Positions 20,567-30,271 of a DNA stretch of 64,000 nt are shown here, piece after piece; within the stretch, counting starts at the first letter, position 1, and each line of letters opens with the position of its first letter. The stretch is from an uncultured Fibrobacteria bacterium (lineage in GTDB: Bacteria > Fibrobacterota > Fibrobacteria > UBA11236). The stretch spans positions 3,040,001-3,104,000 of the forward strand of contig OY970309.1 of the NCBI GenBank assembly GCA_963716395.1. The letters are read 5' to 3'. Made by a program: the position numbers and the translations under genes. Under the pieces are notes generated by a model that did not search any database, was not told the origin of the DNA, and saw only the letters and a list, made by a program, of their open reading frames with translations.

Positions 20567-21051
20567 TGCGCCGTAAAGTCAAAAGGCAGGAAGAGGCCGG
20601 ACTCATTATCACCTCGTTAATCGACATCTTCGTTATTGTTCTGGTTTTTTTGCTGCGCACGATTTCGGCGGAAGGCAATTTGCTGACCTCGGCCGATAAT
20701 CTGGTGTTGCCGATGTCGGCCACCGCCAAGTCTCCCACCGAGGTCTCTTTGATTTTGGTGGGCGACAATCATCAAATCGCCGTGGATGGGAACCCCTTGA
20801 TCAGTACCGAAAAGGTGTTGAAGCAGGACAGCCTTATCGTAGCACCGGTGCTGGAAGTTCTTACGAAGAAGCGCGACGAGGAAAAAAAGGCGGAAATGCT
20901 CGGCATTATCAAAGAGTCGACCGGAAAAATTGTCGTGGAGTTGGACAAGAACATGCCCTACGATATCGTGACCAAACTAATGGCCACATGCGGTTATGCA
21001 GGCTACAACAACATCAAATTCGCCGTGACGCGGAAGAACGAGGAAGGCTGA
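20566..21051 (+). CDS. ExbD/TolR family subunit (AglQ-like)
   Basis: LIITSLIDIFVIVLVFLL with conserved Asp; DKNMPYDIVTKLMATCGYAGY. Confidence 0.9.
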   Translation: MRRKVKRQEEAGLIITSLIDIFVIVLVFLLRTISAEGNLLTSADNLVLPMSATAKSPTEVSLILVGDNHQIAVDGNPLISTEKVLKQDSLIVAPVLEVLTKKRDEEKKAEMLGIIKESTGKIVVELDKNMPYDIVTKLMATCGYAGYNNIKFAVTRKNEEG

Positions 21052-21052
21052 C

Positions 21053-22021
21053 ATGGCCACCGATATGATGTCGCCCCAATTCCAAAAAGGCCGGAAAGAT
21101 CCGTTTATCGAAAAATTCGAGGTCGAATCCGACGCCCGCCTGTTCCGCTTTCTGGGCGTGTTCGCCCTGATGGGAGCGGGTTTGATGACCTATATGCTGA
21201 CCACCAGCGTGATCATTCCCAGTTCGTTGACTTATACGCAGCGCAAAGAAGACTCCGCCATCGTCACCGTGAAAACGGCGGATATCGAGAAGGCGGAAAA
21301 AGAAAAGCAGAAAAAAGAAGAGAAGAAAAAAGCGCCTCCGCGTCGGCGCCGCGGTGAAGGCGGCAAACCGCATGGCCGGGGAAATCCCCATGCACCCATC
21401 ACCCAGGCCGCTTTGAAAATGATTACGTCGCGTTCGACTTCCTCGGCGCTTTCGAGTTATAACCTGTTGTCCTCCAAGTTCTCGAAAGACATCGACAAGG
21501 TCATCAACAATGTTTCCGGTCTCACCAAAACCGGTCAAACGCGCCTGGGCGGACGCCGCGGCAAGGTGGATGGCGGCTTCAACGATGGTTATGCGGCCGG
21601 CGGTTCGGGGGGCGTCGACGATTTGCTCGGTGGCCTCTGGGGCGGTAGCGGCAGTGGTGGGTTGAGTTTGCAGGCTAAAGGCGGCTTACAAGCACCTTCG
21701 GCTTCCGATATTGATATGGGCCAAGAAAGCGGACAGCGCTCCACCGAATCGATTCTGCGCGTGATTCGCGAGCATGAACCCGGATTGCGGCACACGTATA
21801 ACAAATACCTGAAGATGAATCCGGGATTCAAAGGCAAAGTCACCTTGAAATTCACCATCGCGCCGAGTGGAGCCGTGATCGAGTTAGAAATCGTTTCCAG
21901 CACCACGGGCGTTTCCCAATTCGACGAAGAAATCCGCGGCAAGGTGAAAACGTGGCGATTTGAACCCATCAAGGGCCGCGGCAACGATGTGGTTACCGTG
22001 CCGTTTACTTTCTCCGAATAA
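21053..22021 (+). CDS. TonB-like energy transducer with AgmX/PglI-type C-terminal domain (GltG-like)
   Basis: N-terminal TM, Lys-rich and Gly-rich linker, C-terminal LRHTYNKYLK..GKVTLKFTIAPSG..WRF..VTVPFTF. Confidence 0.85.
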   Translation: MATDMMSPQFQKGRKDPFIEKFEVESDARLFRFLGVFALMGAGLMTYMLTTSVIIPSSLTYTQRKEDSAIVTVKTADIEKAEKEKQKKEEKKKAPPRRRRGEGGKPHGRGNPHAPITQAALKMITSRSTSSALSSYNLLSSKFSKDIDKVINNVSGLTKTGQTRLGGRRGKVDGGFNDGYAAGGSGGVDDLLGGLWGGSGSGGLSLQAKGGLQAPSASDIDMGQESGQRSTESILRVIREHEPGLRHTYNKYLKMNPGFKGKVTLKFTIAPSGAVIELEIVSSTTGVSQFDEEIRGKVKTWRFEPIKGRGNDVVTVPFTFSE

Positions 22022-22044
22022 CCTAACGATCGAACCGTCACGAC

Positions 22045-22073
22045 CCCGCGGACCCGAAAGTCCGCGGGTTTTT
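22045..22073 (+). terminator. rho-independent terminator
   Basis: CCCGCGGAC-ccgaaa-GTCCGCGGG followed by a T-tract. Confidence 0.9.
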
Positions 22074-22148
22074 GCTTTTTGTCAGTTTGTGAAATTGGGA
22101 GCACTGCGCTTATCCTTGTTAGATTTTTCCGGTTCACAGGGGACGAAT

Positions 22149-23411
22149 ATGAAGAATTGGGCACTTTTGGCAATGCGAACTGCGGTGTTTTCGGGAGTCG
22201 CAGCTTCTGCGGCCTTTGCATCCTTTGCCCGGGTCGAATCCATGGGTAAAAGTGCCGACTTCTTCATGGACGATGTCAGCATTTTCGACAACCCCGCCAA
22301 TATGAATATTTTCCCCAACTTCCTGATCGGTGAATTGGGCACCTTTCCCGGTGTAACCGTCCCCGATACGGGAGCGAACCCGCCGTTGGGTGGAAATCGG
22401 GATCCGGATAATAGTTGGTTCGGCGGAATTTTCAGCTATTCGCTGGCCAAGAACAAGGAACGCAGCGCACCGTATCCGCAAATCTCCATTGGCGGTGCTT
22501 TTAACCGTATGGACGATGAGATTCTTCCCTATGTGCCGGATTCCATCGACGGCAAGGTTATTCCCAAACCAGCCACCAATTTCGATGGTTTTCTGGGCAT
22601 GGCCTTGGCCAACGGCGGCATGTTGGGAAGCCATATCTACGTGGCCATGCAAGACGGCGCGAATCTTGTGAACGGACGGATTGTCGGCACACCCAGTCAG
22701 GATATCCGTCTGTCTCTGTTGCGCGCCGATCTCGGCATGAATTGGCCGCTTGGGAAAAGCGTCGACGGGGAGCTTTCTTTGGGAACCGCTCTGACTTCTT
22801 ACGGGCCCGACAGCGTGGATGGCAAATGGTCATTCTTCGTCAAGGCGCGTTCATTTTCGACCGTGGAATTGATCAACGGTGAATTGGTTCCCATTTTCCG
22901 CTACAGCCGCATTGAAATGCCGGGCGAAGATCTGAATCTTCTCCACTTTGGGTTGGGAGCCAACGTCTCGCTCGATCGCGGATTTTTCTGGCTGGGAGTT
23001 GAAGGCCTGTTCGATACCTGGAATTTGAGCGGTATCGATTCGGTGAATGGTACCTCCTATTCCACCACCTCCACGGTGCATTCGCGTCGCTCGCAGCGGG
23101 GGGTCTCCGTAGGCTTCGGCATCGAACGCAACATCTGGTGGGATTGGTTGGTGTTGCGTGTGGGTGGGCGCAAGGTGATTGCCTATACCGAAGATTCGGG
23201 CCCATCGGGGAGCTATAACTACATCTACACCAATCCCACGGGCGACATGACGGTCGACGATGAAATCGGGTTCGGAATCGGCTTGAACGTGGAGGAAAAA
23301 TTGAAAGTCGATGCGACCTTGGCCGAAGACCTCCCTTACACGTTTGGGAACCTTCTCTCAGGCCCGCGCAGCAACATCATCTCGAGGATCTCGGCGACCT
23401 ATTCGTTTTAA
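22149..23411 (+). CDS. outer-membrane beta-barrel protein
   Basis: Signal peptide; ARVESMG...IFDNPA (FadL/PorV-like N-terminus); amphipathic strands; C-terminal ISATYSF. Confidence 0.75.
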   Translation: MKNWALLAMRTAVFSGVAASAAFASFARVESMGKSADFFMDDVSIFDNPANMNIFPNFLIGELGTFPGVTVPDTGANPPLGGNRDPDNSWFGGIFSYSLAKNKERSAPYPQISIGGAFNRMDDEILPYVPDSIDGKVIPKPATNFDGFLGMALANGGMLGSHIYVAMQDGANLVNGRIVGTPSQDIRLSLLRADLGMNWPLGKSVDGELSLGTALTSYGPDSVDGKWSFFVKARSFSTVELINGELVPIFRYSRIEMPGEDLNLLHFGLGANVSLDRGFFWLGVEGLFDTWNLSGIDSVNGTSYSTTSTVHSRRSQRGVSVGFGIERNIWWDWLVLRVGGRKVIAYTEDSGPSGSYNYIYTNPTGDMTVDDEIGFGIGLNVEEKLKVDATLAEDLPYTFGNLLSGPRSNIISRISATYSF

Positions 23412-23429
23412 CGGTGACGGCGGCGTACA

Positions 23430-23828
23430 ATGGGCAAATGGTTTTTTGCGGCCGGCGCCCTGGCGTGGTTTCTGTTGGCCTGCGGTGCGCCTTCCGACGT
23501 CATCCAAAAAGAACTGCAGGATATCGGGAAGGCCGATTTGGAAGTCATCGTCAAGAGTCTGCCGGAAATGGCGCAGCGCGAAGCCTTGCTCCCCAAACCC
23601 TATTTCGTTGTCGACACGCTCGCAATTTATCACGGCGACTCATCCTTGGTTTTTCAGGCATATGCCAAATTGGTTTTCTTCTATCTCGATCCTTCTCTCG
23701 ACTTGTGCCAGGTCCGGAAGTACCGCTATCGCCGTTCGGCGCGGGTGTGGGAACGCTTCGACGTGGTCTTGCGGCATATCCCGTCGAAGTACTCCCATTC
23801 TGGAATGAAGGCCGCGGCGACGGATTGA
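23430..23828 (+). CDS. hypothetical lipoprotein
   Basis: LLAC lipobox, 132 aa, same orientation as neighbours. Confidence 0.65.
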   Translation: MGKWFFAAGALAWFLLACGAPSDVIQKELQDIGKADLEVIVKSLPEMAQREALLPKPYFVVDTLAIYHGDSSLVFQAYAKLVFFYLDPSLDLCQVRKYRYRRSARVWERFDVVLRHIPSKYSHSGMKAAATD

Positions 23829-23985
23829 CGTTTCCGCGGTCCTGATCCCTTTTCAAATTCTCTCTACGTTCCGTCCTGGGTCCGCCCGGGGCGACGGGGA
23901 CTTTCCGCCGGGAAGAGAGCCCCAAAAATCCGCCTGATCTGGCTGATTTTCCTAACTTTTGCATTTTAGCCGAAAGAAGGTGGCC

Positions 23986-25008
23986 GTGTTCGGATTTCTC
24001 TCCAGCGATATCGGCATTGATCTCGGGACCGCAAACACGTTGGTGCATGTGGGCGGACGGGGTATTGTGATCAACGAACCGTCGGTGGTTGCGGTGGAGC
24101 GCCGCAGCAACCGGGTGCTGGCCATCGGCAGCGAAGCCAAGCGCATGCTGGGCCGCACACCCGGCGAGATTATGGCGGTGCGTCCCATGAAAGACGGCGT
24201 CATCGCCGACTTTCAATTGGTCGAAAGTCTGCTTACGCGCATGATCAAAATCGCCCAGAAATATCCGCTGTTTTTCCTGCGGCCGCGCATCGTCATCGGC
24301 GTGCCTTCGGGCATCACCGAAGTCGAGAAGCGCGCCGTGCTCGACGCGGCCCACAAGGCCGGCGCGCGCGAGGTGCATCTCGTGGCCGAGCCCATGGCCG
24401 CCGCCATCGGCATGGGCATTCCGGTGGAAGATCCCAGCGGCAACATGATCATCGATATCGGCGGCGGCACGTCCGAAATCGCGGTCATCGCCCTGTACGG
24501 TATCGTGTGCGATACCTCGGTGCGCGTGGGTGGGGATGAGATGGATGACGCCATCATCAGTTACCTGAAGAAGAATTACAACCTGCTGGTGGGCGAAAGC
24601 ATGGCCGAGAAAATCAAGATGCAAATCGGCTCGGCTTACCCGCTGGAAGTCGAGTTGGAGATGGAAGTCAAAGGGCGCGATCTGGTGGCGGGCGTGCCGC
24701 ATACGTTGAAGATCACCTCGGCCGAGTGCCGCGAGGCCCTCGCCGAACCCGTGAATTCCATCGTTGATGCCGTGAAACGGGCGCTGGAACAAACGCCTCC
24801 CGAACTCTCCGCCGATTTGATGGACAAGGGTATCGTCATGACCGGCGGCGGATCGCAGTTGCGGGGGCTTGACGAATTGCTGCGCCAGGAAACCAATCTT
24901 CCCGTGAACGTCATCGACGATCCCATGGTTTGCGTCTGCAAAGGCACGGCCCGCATTCTCGAAGACATGGACAAGTATTACAAGGTCTTGATGGATTCGC
25001 AGCGCTGA
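23986..25008 (+). CDS. mreB: rod shape-determining protein MreB
   Basis: IGIDLGTANT, EPMAAAIG, DIGGGTSE, TGGGSQL; GTG start after GAAGG. Confidence 0.98.
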   Translation: MFGFLSSDIGIDLGTANTLVHVGGRGIVINEPSVVAVERRSNRVLAIGSEAKRMLGRTPGEIMAVRPMKDGVIADFQLVESLLTRMIKIAQKYPLFFLRPRIVIGVPSGITEVEKRAVLDAAHKAGAREVHLVAEPMAAAIGMGIPVEDPSGNMIIDIGGGTSEIAVIALYGIVCDTSVRVGGDEMDDAIISYLKKNYNLLVGESMAEKIKMQIGSAYPLEVELEMEVKGRDLVAGVPHTLKITSAECREALAEPVNSIVDAVKRALEQTPPELSADLMDKGIVMTGGGSQLRGLDELLRQETNLPVNVIDDPMVCVCKGTARILEDMDKYYKVLMDSQR

Positions 25009-25073
25009 TACCGACCGGGCGCGAGGCGCCCCACGGTCGGGGATCCACGCCGCCCGGGTGAAACGGAGCCCGG

Positions 25074-25907
25074 TTGAATTTCCTCGAATGGATTCGCAAA
25101 GCCCTGACGGTGGGGCATGGAATTGTTTCCCTCGTTTTATGTCTCATCTTCTCGGGAACCCTGGTTTCACTCGACCGCCCGAACCGCGCCATTTTCCACG
25201 AAGTCATGGTGGGCACCTTGTTGTACCCGGTGCAGGAACTTTTTTCGCATCTCGAAGGCACGCTGCACATCTATCGCGAGAACGACAGTCTGCTCCAGGA
25301 GAACGCCGCCCTGCGCGTCGAGAACGACCTCCTGCGGCAATCTACGCTCGCCGTGCCGCGGCTGGAAGAGATGGAGCGATTCCGCACCGCCACCGCGTTG
25401 CATCTCAAACCTGCGCAAGTCATTGCACAAGACGCCGGACGCCTGCAAATGACCTGGGTCATCGATCTCGGCCGTGCGGATTCGGTGGACGTGAACATGC
25501 CGGTGCTCACCTCCAAAGGCGTGGTGGGGAAGACCGCCCAATGCTTCCGCAACTACAGCGTGGTGCAATTAATCAGTGATCCCGCCTTTAAAGCCGCGGT
25601 GCAGGATGATCGCAGCCGGGTGCGCGGCATTCTCGAATCGTACCGGCTGTACCGGTTGGAAGCCCAGTTTCCCGCCGGGGCCGACGTGCATCCGGGAGAT
25701 ACCTTGGTCACCGCCGGGGTGGGCGGGGTTTTTCCCAAGGGGCTGCGCGTGGGGGTAACCGATCAGGAAATGCCGGGCGCGGAAACCCAGAACGGCGACG
25801 TACTGCAAACCGTGCTGGTGCACCCGTTCCAGGAGTTGTCCATGGTGGAAGAGGTTTTCGTCCTCATCAAAAAAGACAGTTGGCAATTGCAGGACTCACT
25901 GCCGTGA
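25074..25907 (+). CDS. mreC: rod shape-determining protein MreC
   Basis: TM, coiled coil, IDLG..D.V, GVVG, VTAGVGGVFPKGL. Confidence 0.93.
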   Translation: MNFLEWIRKALTVGHGIVSLVLCLIFSGTLVSLDRPNRAIFHEVMVGTLLYPVQELFSHLEGTLHIYRENDSLLQENAALRVENDLLRQSTLAVPRLEEMERFRTATALHLKPAQVIAQDAGRLQMTWVIDLGRADSVDVNMPVLTSKGVVGKTAQCFRNYSVVQLISDPAFKAAVQDDRSRVRGILESYRLYRLEAQFPAGADVHPGDTLVTAGVGGVFPKGLRVGVTDQEMPGAETQNGDVLQTVLVHPFQELSMVEEVFVLIKKDSWQLQDSLP

Positions 25908-26392
25908 CGGTCTGGAAGCGGATTCTCACCACGGCCGGCCTCTTGGTCGGAGCCCTGATCTTGCAGCAGACCTTGGTCCGCTGGATCGCGTTCGGACCCA
26001 TCCGTCCCGATTTACCCCTCATCGCTTTGGTATTGTTGGCGTTGCGCTACGGCTCGCTGCCCGGCTTGTTCGCAGGGATGGCCTTGGGGTTGGTGCAGGA
26101 TGTCTATGCCATCGATACGCTGGGAGCCAACGCCATGGCCAAATGCCTGGTGGGGTACTGCCTGGGCTTTTTCGAAGAGCGCGTGGTCAAGAGCATGCCG
26201 GCCACGCGCGTGCTGCTTTTGGGCGCGGCTTTCGTGCTGCATGACTTGGTATTTTATTGGGCCGCAGGATTGCGGGGCGGCACGTACGCGTCGGCCTTGT
26301 GGCGTCAGTCGTTGCCTTCGGGCGTCTACACCTTGCTGATCGGCGCCGTGGTATTCTATTCCTTCGGACGTTTGAAGCCCCGCGAAATGTGA
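25904..26392 (+). CDS. mreD: rod shape-determining protein MreD
   Basis: Hydrophobic; RPDLPLI, GLVQD; lies between mreC and mrdA. Confidence 0.9.
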   Translation: MTVWKRILTTAGLLVGALILQQTLVRWIAFGPIRPDLPLIALVLLALRYGSLPGLFAGMALGLVQDVYAIDTLGANAMAKCLVGYCLGFFEERVVKSMPATRVLLLGAAFVLHDLVFYWAAGLRGGTYASALWRQSLPSGVYTLLIGAVVFYSFGRLKPREM

Positions 26393-26402
26393 GGAAATTT
26401 CC

Positions 26403-28253
26403 GTGCCGCCACCCAATCGACTCGACGATTTGCATTACCGCGAGGCGGTGGTGCAATCGCTCAAACTTTTTCTTTGGGTGGCCGCGGCCCTGCTGACGGC
26501 ACGGCTGTTTTATCTGCAAATCATCAAGGGCAGCTACAACGCCATGCTTTCGGCGCAAAACAGCATGCGCTTGCAGGTCGTGAAAGCGCCGCGGGGACTG
26601 ATGCTTGATCGGAATGGCGTCGTGATCGCGCGCAACCGCCCCTCGTATCAAATCGCCATTCTACCCGAGCAATTACGCGATCCCGACAAAGTTCGCCGGA
26701 ACCTGATGCGGTTCCGCACCGCCCAGGGCCTACCGCTGTTCGATTCAAGCCTGGTAGCCTGGAGCCTGGAACGCGCGCGTTGGCGCAAGTTTCAACCGCT
26801 GGTGATTCTCGAAGACGCCCCCTTTGCGGCGGTGGCCATGGTCGACGAGCACCAATCGGATTTGCCCGGCGTGGTCACCGTGGTGGAGTCGCGGCGCTCC
26901 TATCCCTTCGGCGCGGCGGCCGGACATGTGCTGGGCTACATGGACGAAGTCAACGAAACCGAAATCGAAGCCTATAAAACCCAGGCCGGCAAGGGCGAAG
27001 AAGCTCCCTATGCGCGCGGCGACCGCATCGGGCGCAAGGGTTTGGAACACCGCTATGAAAAATATTTTCGGGGCCAAGACGGCATCCGCTATGTGAAGGT
27101 CAACGCCTTCGGCAAGGAAATCGAAGTGCTGCCCGGCATGCCCCAAATCGATCCCACTCCGGGCATGAACGTCGAAACCACCCTGGATATGAAACTGCAA
27201 TGTTACGCCGAATCGCTGATGGCCGATACCCTGCGGGGCGCCATTGTGGCGGTGGATCCCCGCAACGGCGAAGTGCTCGCCATGGTTTCTTCGCCACCCA
27301 TGAACGACAACATTTTTTCCTTGAGCCGCGACCAACGCGCGCACGCCTGGGCGCGCCTGGCGCTGGATTCATCCCGGCCCCTGAACAACCGCGCCATCGC
27401 CGGCGGCTATGAGCCCGGGTCGACGTTCAAGGGCATTGTATCCATCGCGGAACTGCAAGCGGGTATCAGTCCCCAAAGCCACATGCCGCGTCCCTGTACG
27501 GGAGGCTACCGTTTCGGCAACCGGGTGTGGAGATGCTGGGATGCGCACGGACACGGGTTCCTCAACCTCATCGACGCTTTCACCCAATCCTGCGATGTCT
27601 ATTACTACCAAGCCGGCCTGGCGGTGGGCTTGGATCGCATCAATGCCGTGGCGCGCGAATTCGGGTTGGGTCAAAAAACCGGAATCGATTTGGACGATGA
27701 GCGTGCCGGCCTGCTGATGGATTCGAGCGTTTACATGCGGCTCTACGGCGCGCGTGGTTGGCGCTGGTCGCGGGGCATGGTCCTCAACCTTTCCATCGGT
27801 CAGGGCCAGGTCGTGACCCCGCTGCAATTGGCCGATTATGTGGCGGGCATGGCCAACGGCCAGCGCCTCTACCGGCCACACCTGTTGCGGGCCCTGCTCG
27901 ACGCCGAAGGCACGGTGCGCATGCGCTATACTCCGCAAGTTTTGCACGAACTGAATTTGACGCCCGAGGAACATGCGGTCATCCTGCAAGCCATGGCCCA
28001 GGTCGTGAACTCGCCCCATGGAACGGCCGGCCGTGCCCGCGTCCCCGGCGTGCTGGTGGGGGGAAAAACCGGATCGGCCCAAACCCCGTTCGGCGACCGG
28101 ACCAACGCTCTATTCATCGGCGCCGCGCCCCTGGATGATCCCCGCATCGCCATCGCCGTGATCATTGAAAACGGTGGACATGGGGGCTCGGCGGCGGCCC
28201 CCATCGCCGGTGCGCTCTTCCGGCGTTTCTTCGGAGTGGGCCCCCATGGATAG
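26403..28253 (+). CDS. mrdA: penicillin-binding protein 2
   Basis: APRG, YEPGSTFK (SxxK), SCD (SxN variant typical of PBP2), GKTGSAQ. Confidence 0.95.
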   Translation: MPPPNRLDDLHYREAVVQSLKLFLWVAAALLTARLFYLQIIKGSYNAMLSAQNSMRLQVVKAPRGLMLDRNGVVIARNRPSYQIAILPEQLRDPDKVRRNLMRFRTAQGLPLFDSSLVAWSLERARWRKFQPLVILEDAPFAAVAMVDEHQSDLPGVVTVVESRRSYPFGAAAGHVLGYMDEVNETEIEAYKTQAGKGEEAPYARGDRIGRKGLEHRYEKYFRGQDGIRYVKVNAFGKEIEVLPGMPQIDPTPGMNVETTLDMKLQCYAESLMADTLRGAIVAVDPRNGEVLAMVSSPPMNDNIFSLSRDQRAHAWARLALDSSRPLNNRAIAGGYEPGSTFKGIVSIAELQAGISPQSHMPRPCTGGYRFGNRVWRCWDAHGHGFLNLIDAFTQSCDVYYYQAGLAVGLDRINAVAREFGLGQKTGIDLDDERAGLLMDSSVYMRLYGARGWRWSRGMVLNLSIGQGQVVTPLQLADYVAGMANGQRLYRPHLLRALLDAEGTVRMRYTPQVLHELNLTPEEHAVILQAMAQVVNSPHGTAGRARVPGVLVGGKTGSAQTPFGDRTNALFIGAAPLDDPRIAIAVIIENGGHGGSAAAPIAGALFRRFFGVGPHG

Positions 28254-29457
28254 ATCGTCGCGAACCTCCTGGGATTGGCCGCTTACGGCCGCGCTGGCTC
28301 TGTTGCTCGTCCTGGGTATCGCCGTGGTGTACTCGGCCACGGTGGGTGACGCGGGTCATCATTGGCAGAAGCAAATTCTTTACGCCGGCATGGGCTTGGT
28401 GGCCATGTCGGTGTTGTATCTCACTCCACCCAAATTTTTTTACGCGGCCGCCTACCCGTTGTATCTGATATCTCTGGTCCCGCTGTTGTACATCATTCTG
28501 TTCAAGGCCAATTCGGTGGAACGTTGGATCGCCCTGCCCGGTGGCTTCAATCTGCAACCCAGCGAATTGACCAAGGTGGCCTTCCTCCTGGCCATGGCGC
28601 GGTTGCTTTCGTTTCAGCCTGTGTCCCTGTCGCGACCGCGTTCCTTGGTGGCTCCGGCTTTTCTCTTCCTGGTGCCCTTCGCTCTGGTGCTCAAAGAGCC
28701 GAACCTCAGTACGGCGCTGAGTTTTGTGGCCATGGCGGGCATGATGGTTTTCTTTGCCGGCCTGTCGGTGCGCGATCTCTTTTATCTGGTATCACCGGTG
28801 CTGTCGGTGGCCTTCACCTTCAATCATCTCGCCTGGTCGTTGATGTTCATCGCGCTCATCGCGGTGATGTGGTTGACGCGCACTCCCTTCAAGGCTTTGG
28901 TGTTTCTCATCCTCATCAATATCGCGGCGGGTTATGGCTCGATGTTCGTGTGGAACAAGGTACTGTACGCCCATCAACGCGATCGCATTCTCACCTTCAT
29001 GGATCCGCAACGCGATCCCCAGGGCGCGGGTTATCAGGTCTTGCAAAGCAAGGTGGCCATCGGGTCGGGGCACCTTTTGGGCAAGGGTTATTTGCATGGT
29101 ACGCAAACCAATCTCAGCTTTTTGCCCGAAGAGCATACCGATTTCATTTTTTCCGTACTGGGGGAGCAATTCGGATTCCTGGGATGCATGTCGGTGCTGG
29201 GGCTTTATTTGTTCCTGCTGCAGCGCATTCTGAAAATCGCGGTGGACAGCCGCAGTCGCTTCACGGCGTTGACCGCGGTGGGCCTGGTGGGCATCCTCAG
29301 TTTTCACGTCTTGGTGAACGTTTCCATGACCGTAGGCATGATGCCGGTCACAGGTTTGCCTCTGCCGTTTTTTTCTTACGGAGGATCCTTCTTAATTTCC
29401 TGCCTGATGATGATCGGCATCGTGCTGAATCTGCGGGCGCATGGTGAACATCTGTAA
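28246..29457 (+). CDS. rodA: rod shape-determining protein RodA (SEDS)
   Basis: RWI, LQPSE, GYQVLQSKVAIGSG, LPEEHTDFIF, PFFSYGGS. Confidence 0.95.
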   Translation: MDRSSRTSWDWPLTAALALLLVLGIAVVYSATVGDAGHHWQKQILYAGMGLVAMSVLYLTPPKFFYAAAYPLYLISLVPLLYIILFKANSVERWIALPGGFNLQPSELTKVAFLLAMARLLSFQPVSLSRPRSLVAPAFLFLVPFALVLKEPNLSTALSFVAMAGMMVFFAGLSVRDLFYLVSPVLSVAFTFNHLAWSLMFIALIAVMWLTRTPFKALVFLILINIAAGYGSMFVWNKVLYAHQRDRILTFMDPQRDPQGAGYQVLQSKVAIGSGHLLGKGYLHGTQTNLSFLPEEHTDFIFSVLGEQFGFLGCMSVLGLYLFLLQRILKIAVDSRSRFTALTAVGLVGILSFHVLVNVSMTVGMMPVTGLPLPFFSYGGSFLISCLMMIGIVLNLRAHGEHL

Positions 29458-30199
29458 TAAAACCGCATCCCGGTTGCTTTTTGCCTGCGGACGAGGCTTG
29501 GAAAATATTCTCGTTCCGCCGCGTTGCGTATCGTGCGGTTCGCATCGCTACGGTCAATTGCCTGTGTGCCGGCGCTGTCTGCGAACCTTGCGCGCCAGCG
29601 CGTTGTGTGAACCCGTTCCGGCACCGGCCTGGAACGGCTCCGTGCATGCCCTGTTTCGGTTGACGCCGGTACTGCAGACGCTCGTTCACGACGGCAAATA
29701 TCGGCACCGAAGACGTCCGCTGCATTTCCTCACCGATTGCCTGCGTTGGTCGCGGGTTTTGTCCACCGGACTTTTGCGCCAAGCCCTAATCGTTCCCGTG
29801 CCTTTGCATGCCGCGCGCCTTCGCGAACGCGGTTATAATCAAAGCGCGCTTATCGCCCGGGCCTTGGGTCGGATGGGTCTTGATTGCGATATGGACGAGC
29901 GCGCCTTGATCCGAACCCGGCCTACGGTCTCGCAAACGCGTTGCGACGAATTCCTGCGCGCCCGCAATCTTGCCGGCGCCTTCCGCGCCGTGGCGCACCG
30001 GGTGGCGGGACGGAAAATCGTTCTGGTCGACGATGTCTGCACTACGGGCGGTACCCTACGGTTTTGCCGCGAGGCCCTGATGCAGGCCGGCGCCGGGCAG
30101 GTGGAGGCGTTTGCCCTGGCCTGGGTGGAAAGGCGATATCCGAATTCTCCGGCCGGGAATAAGGCCTTCGCAGCCTCGAAGCAGGCGGGCGGAGGGTGA
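29441..30199 (+). CDS. comF: ComF family phosphoribosyltransferase-like protein
   Basis: CxxC..CxxC zinc ribbon, VPVPLH, ERGYNQS, VLVDDVCTTGGT. Confidence 0.9.
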   Translation: MVNICNKTASRLLFACGRGLENILVPPRCVSCGSHRYGQLPVCRRCLRTLRASALCEPVPAPAWNGSVHALFRLTPVLQTLVHDGKYRHRRRPLHFLTDCLRWSRVLSTGLLRQALIVPVPLHAARLRERGYNQSALIARALGRMGLDCDMDERALIRTRPTVSQTRCDEFLRARNLAGAFRAVAHRVAGRKIVLVDDVCTTGGTLRFCREALMQAGAGQVEAFALAWVERRYPNSPAGNKAFAASKQAGGG

Positions 30200-30271
30200 G
30201 GGACTCGAACCCCCAAGCCCTTTCGGGCGGCGGTTTTCAAGACCGCTGACTTACCGTTAGCCTAACCCTCC
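30190..30271 (-). tRNA. tRNA-Ser(TGA), CCA not encoded
   Basis: Reverse complement GGAGGGT...GCGGT-CTTGAAA-ACCGC, long variable arm GCCCGAAAGGGC, GTTCGAGTCC, ACCCTCC-G. Confidence 0.93.

Noticed and set aside
19082-22021. Ordinary ExbBD-TonB or Tol-Pal annotation
   Set aside because: No receptor, TolB or Pal nearby; two ExbD paralogs and TPR partners fit the Agl/Glt type better.
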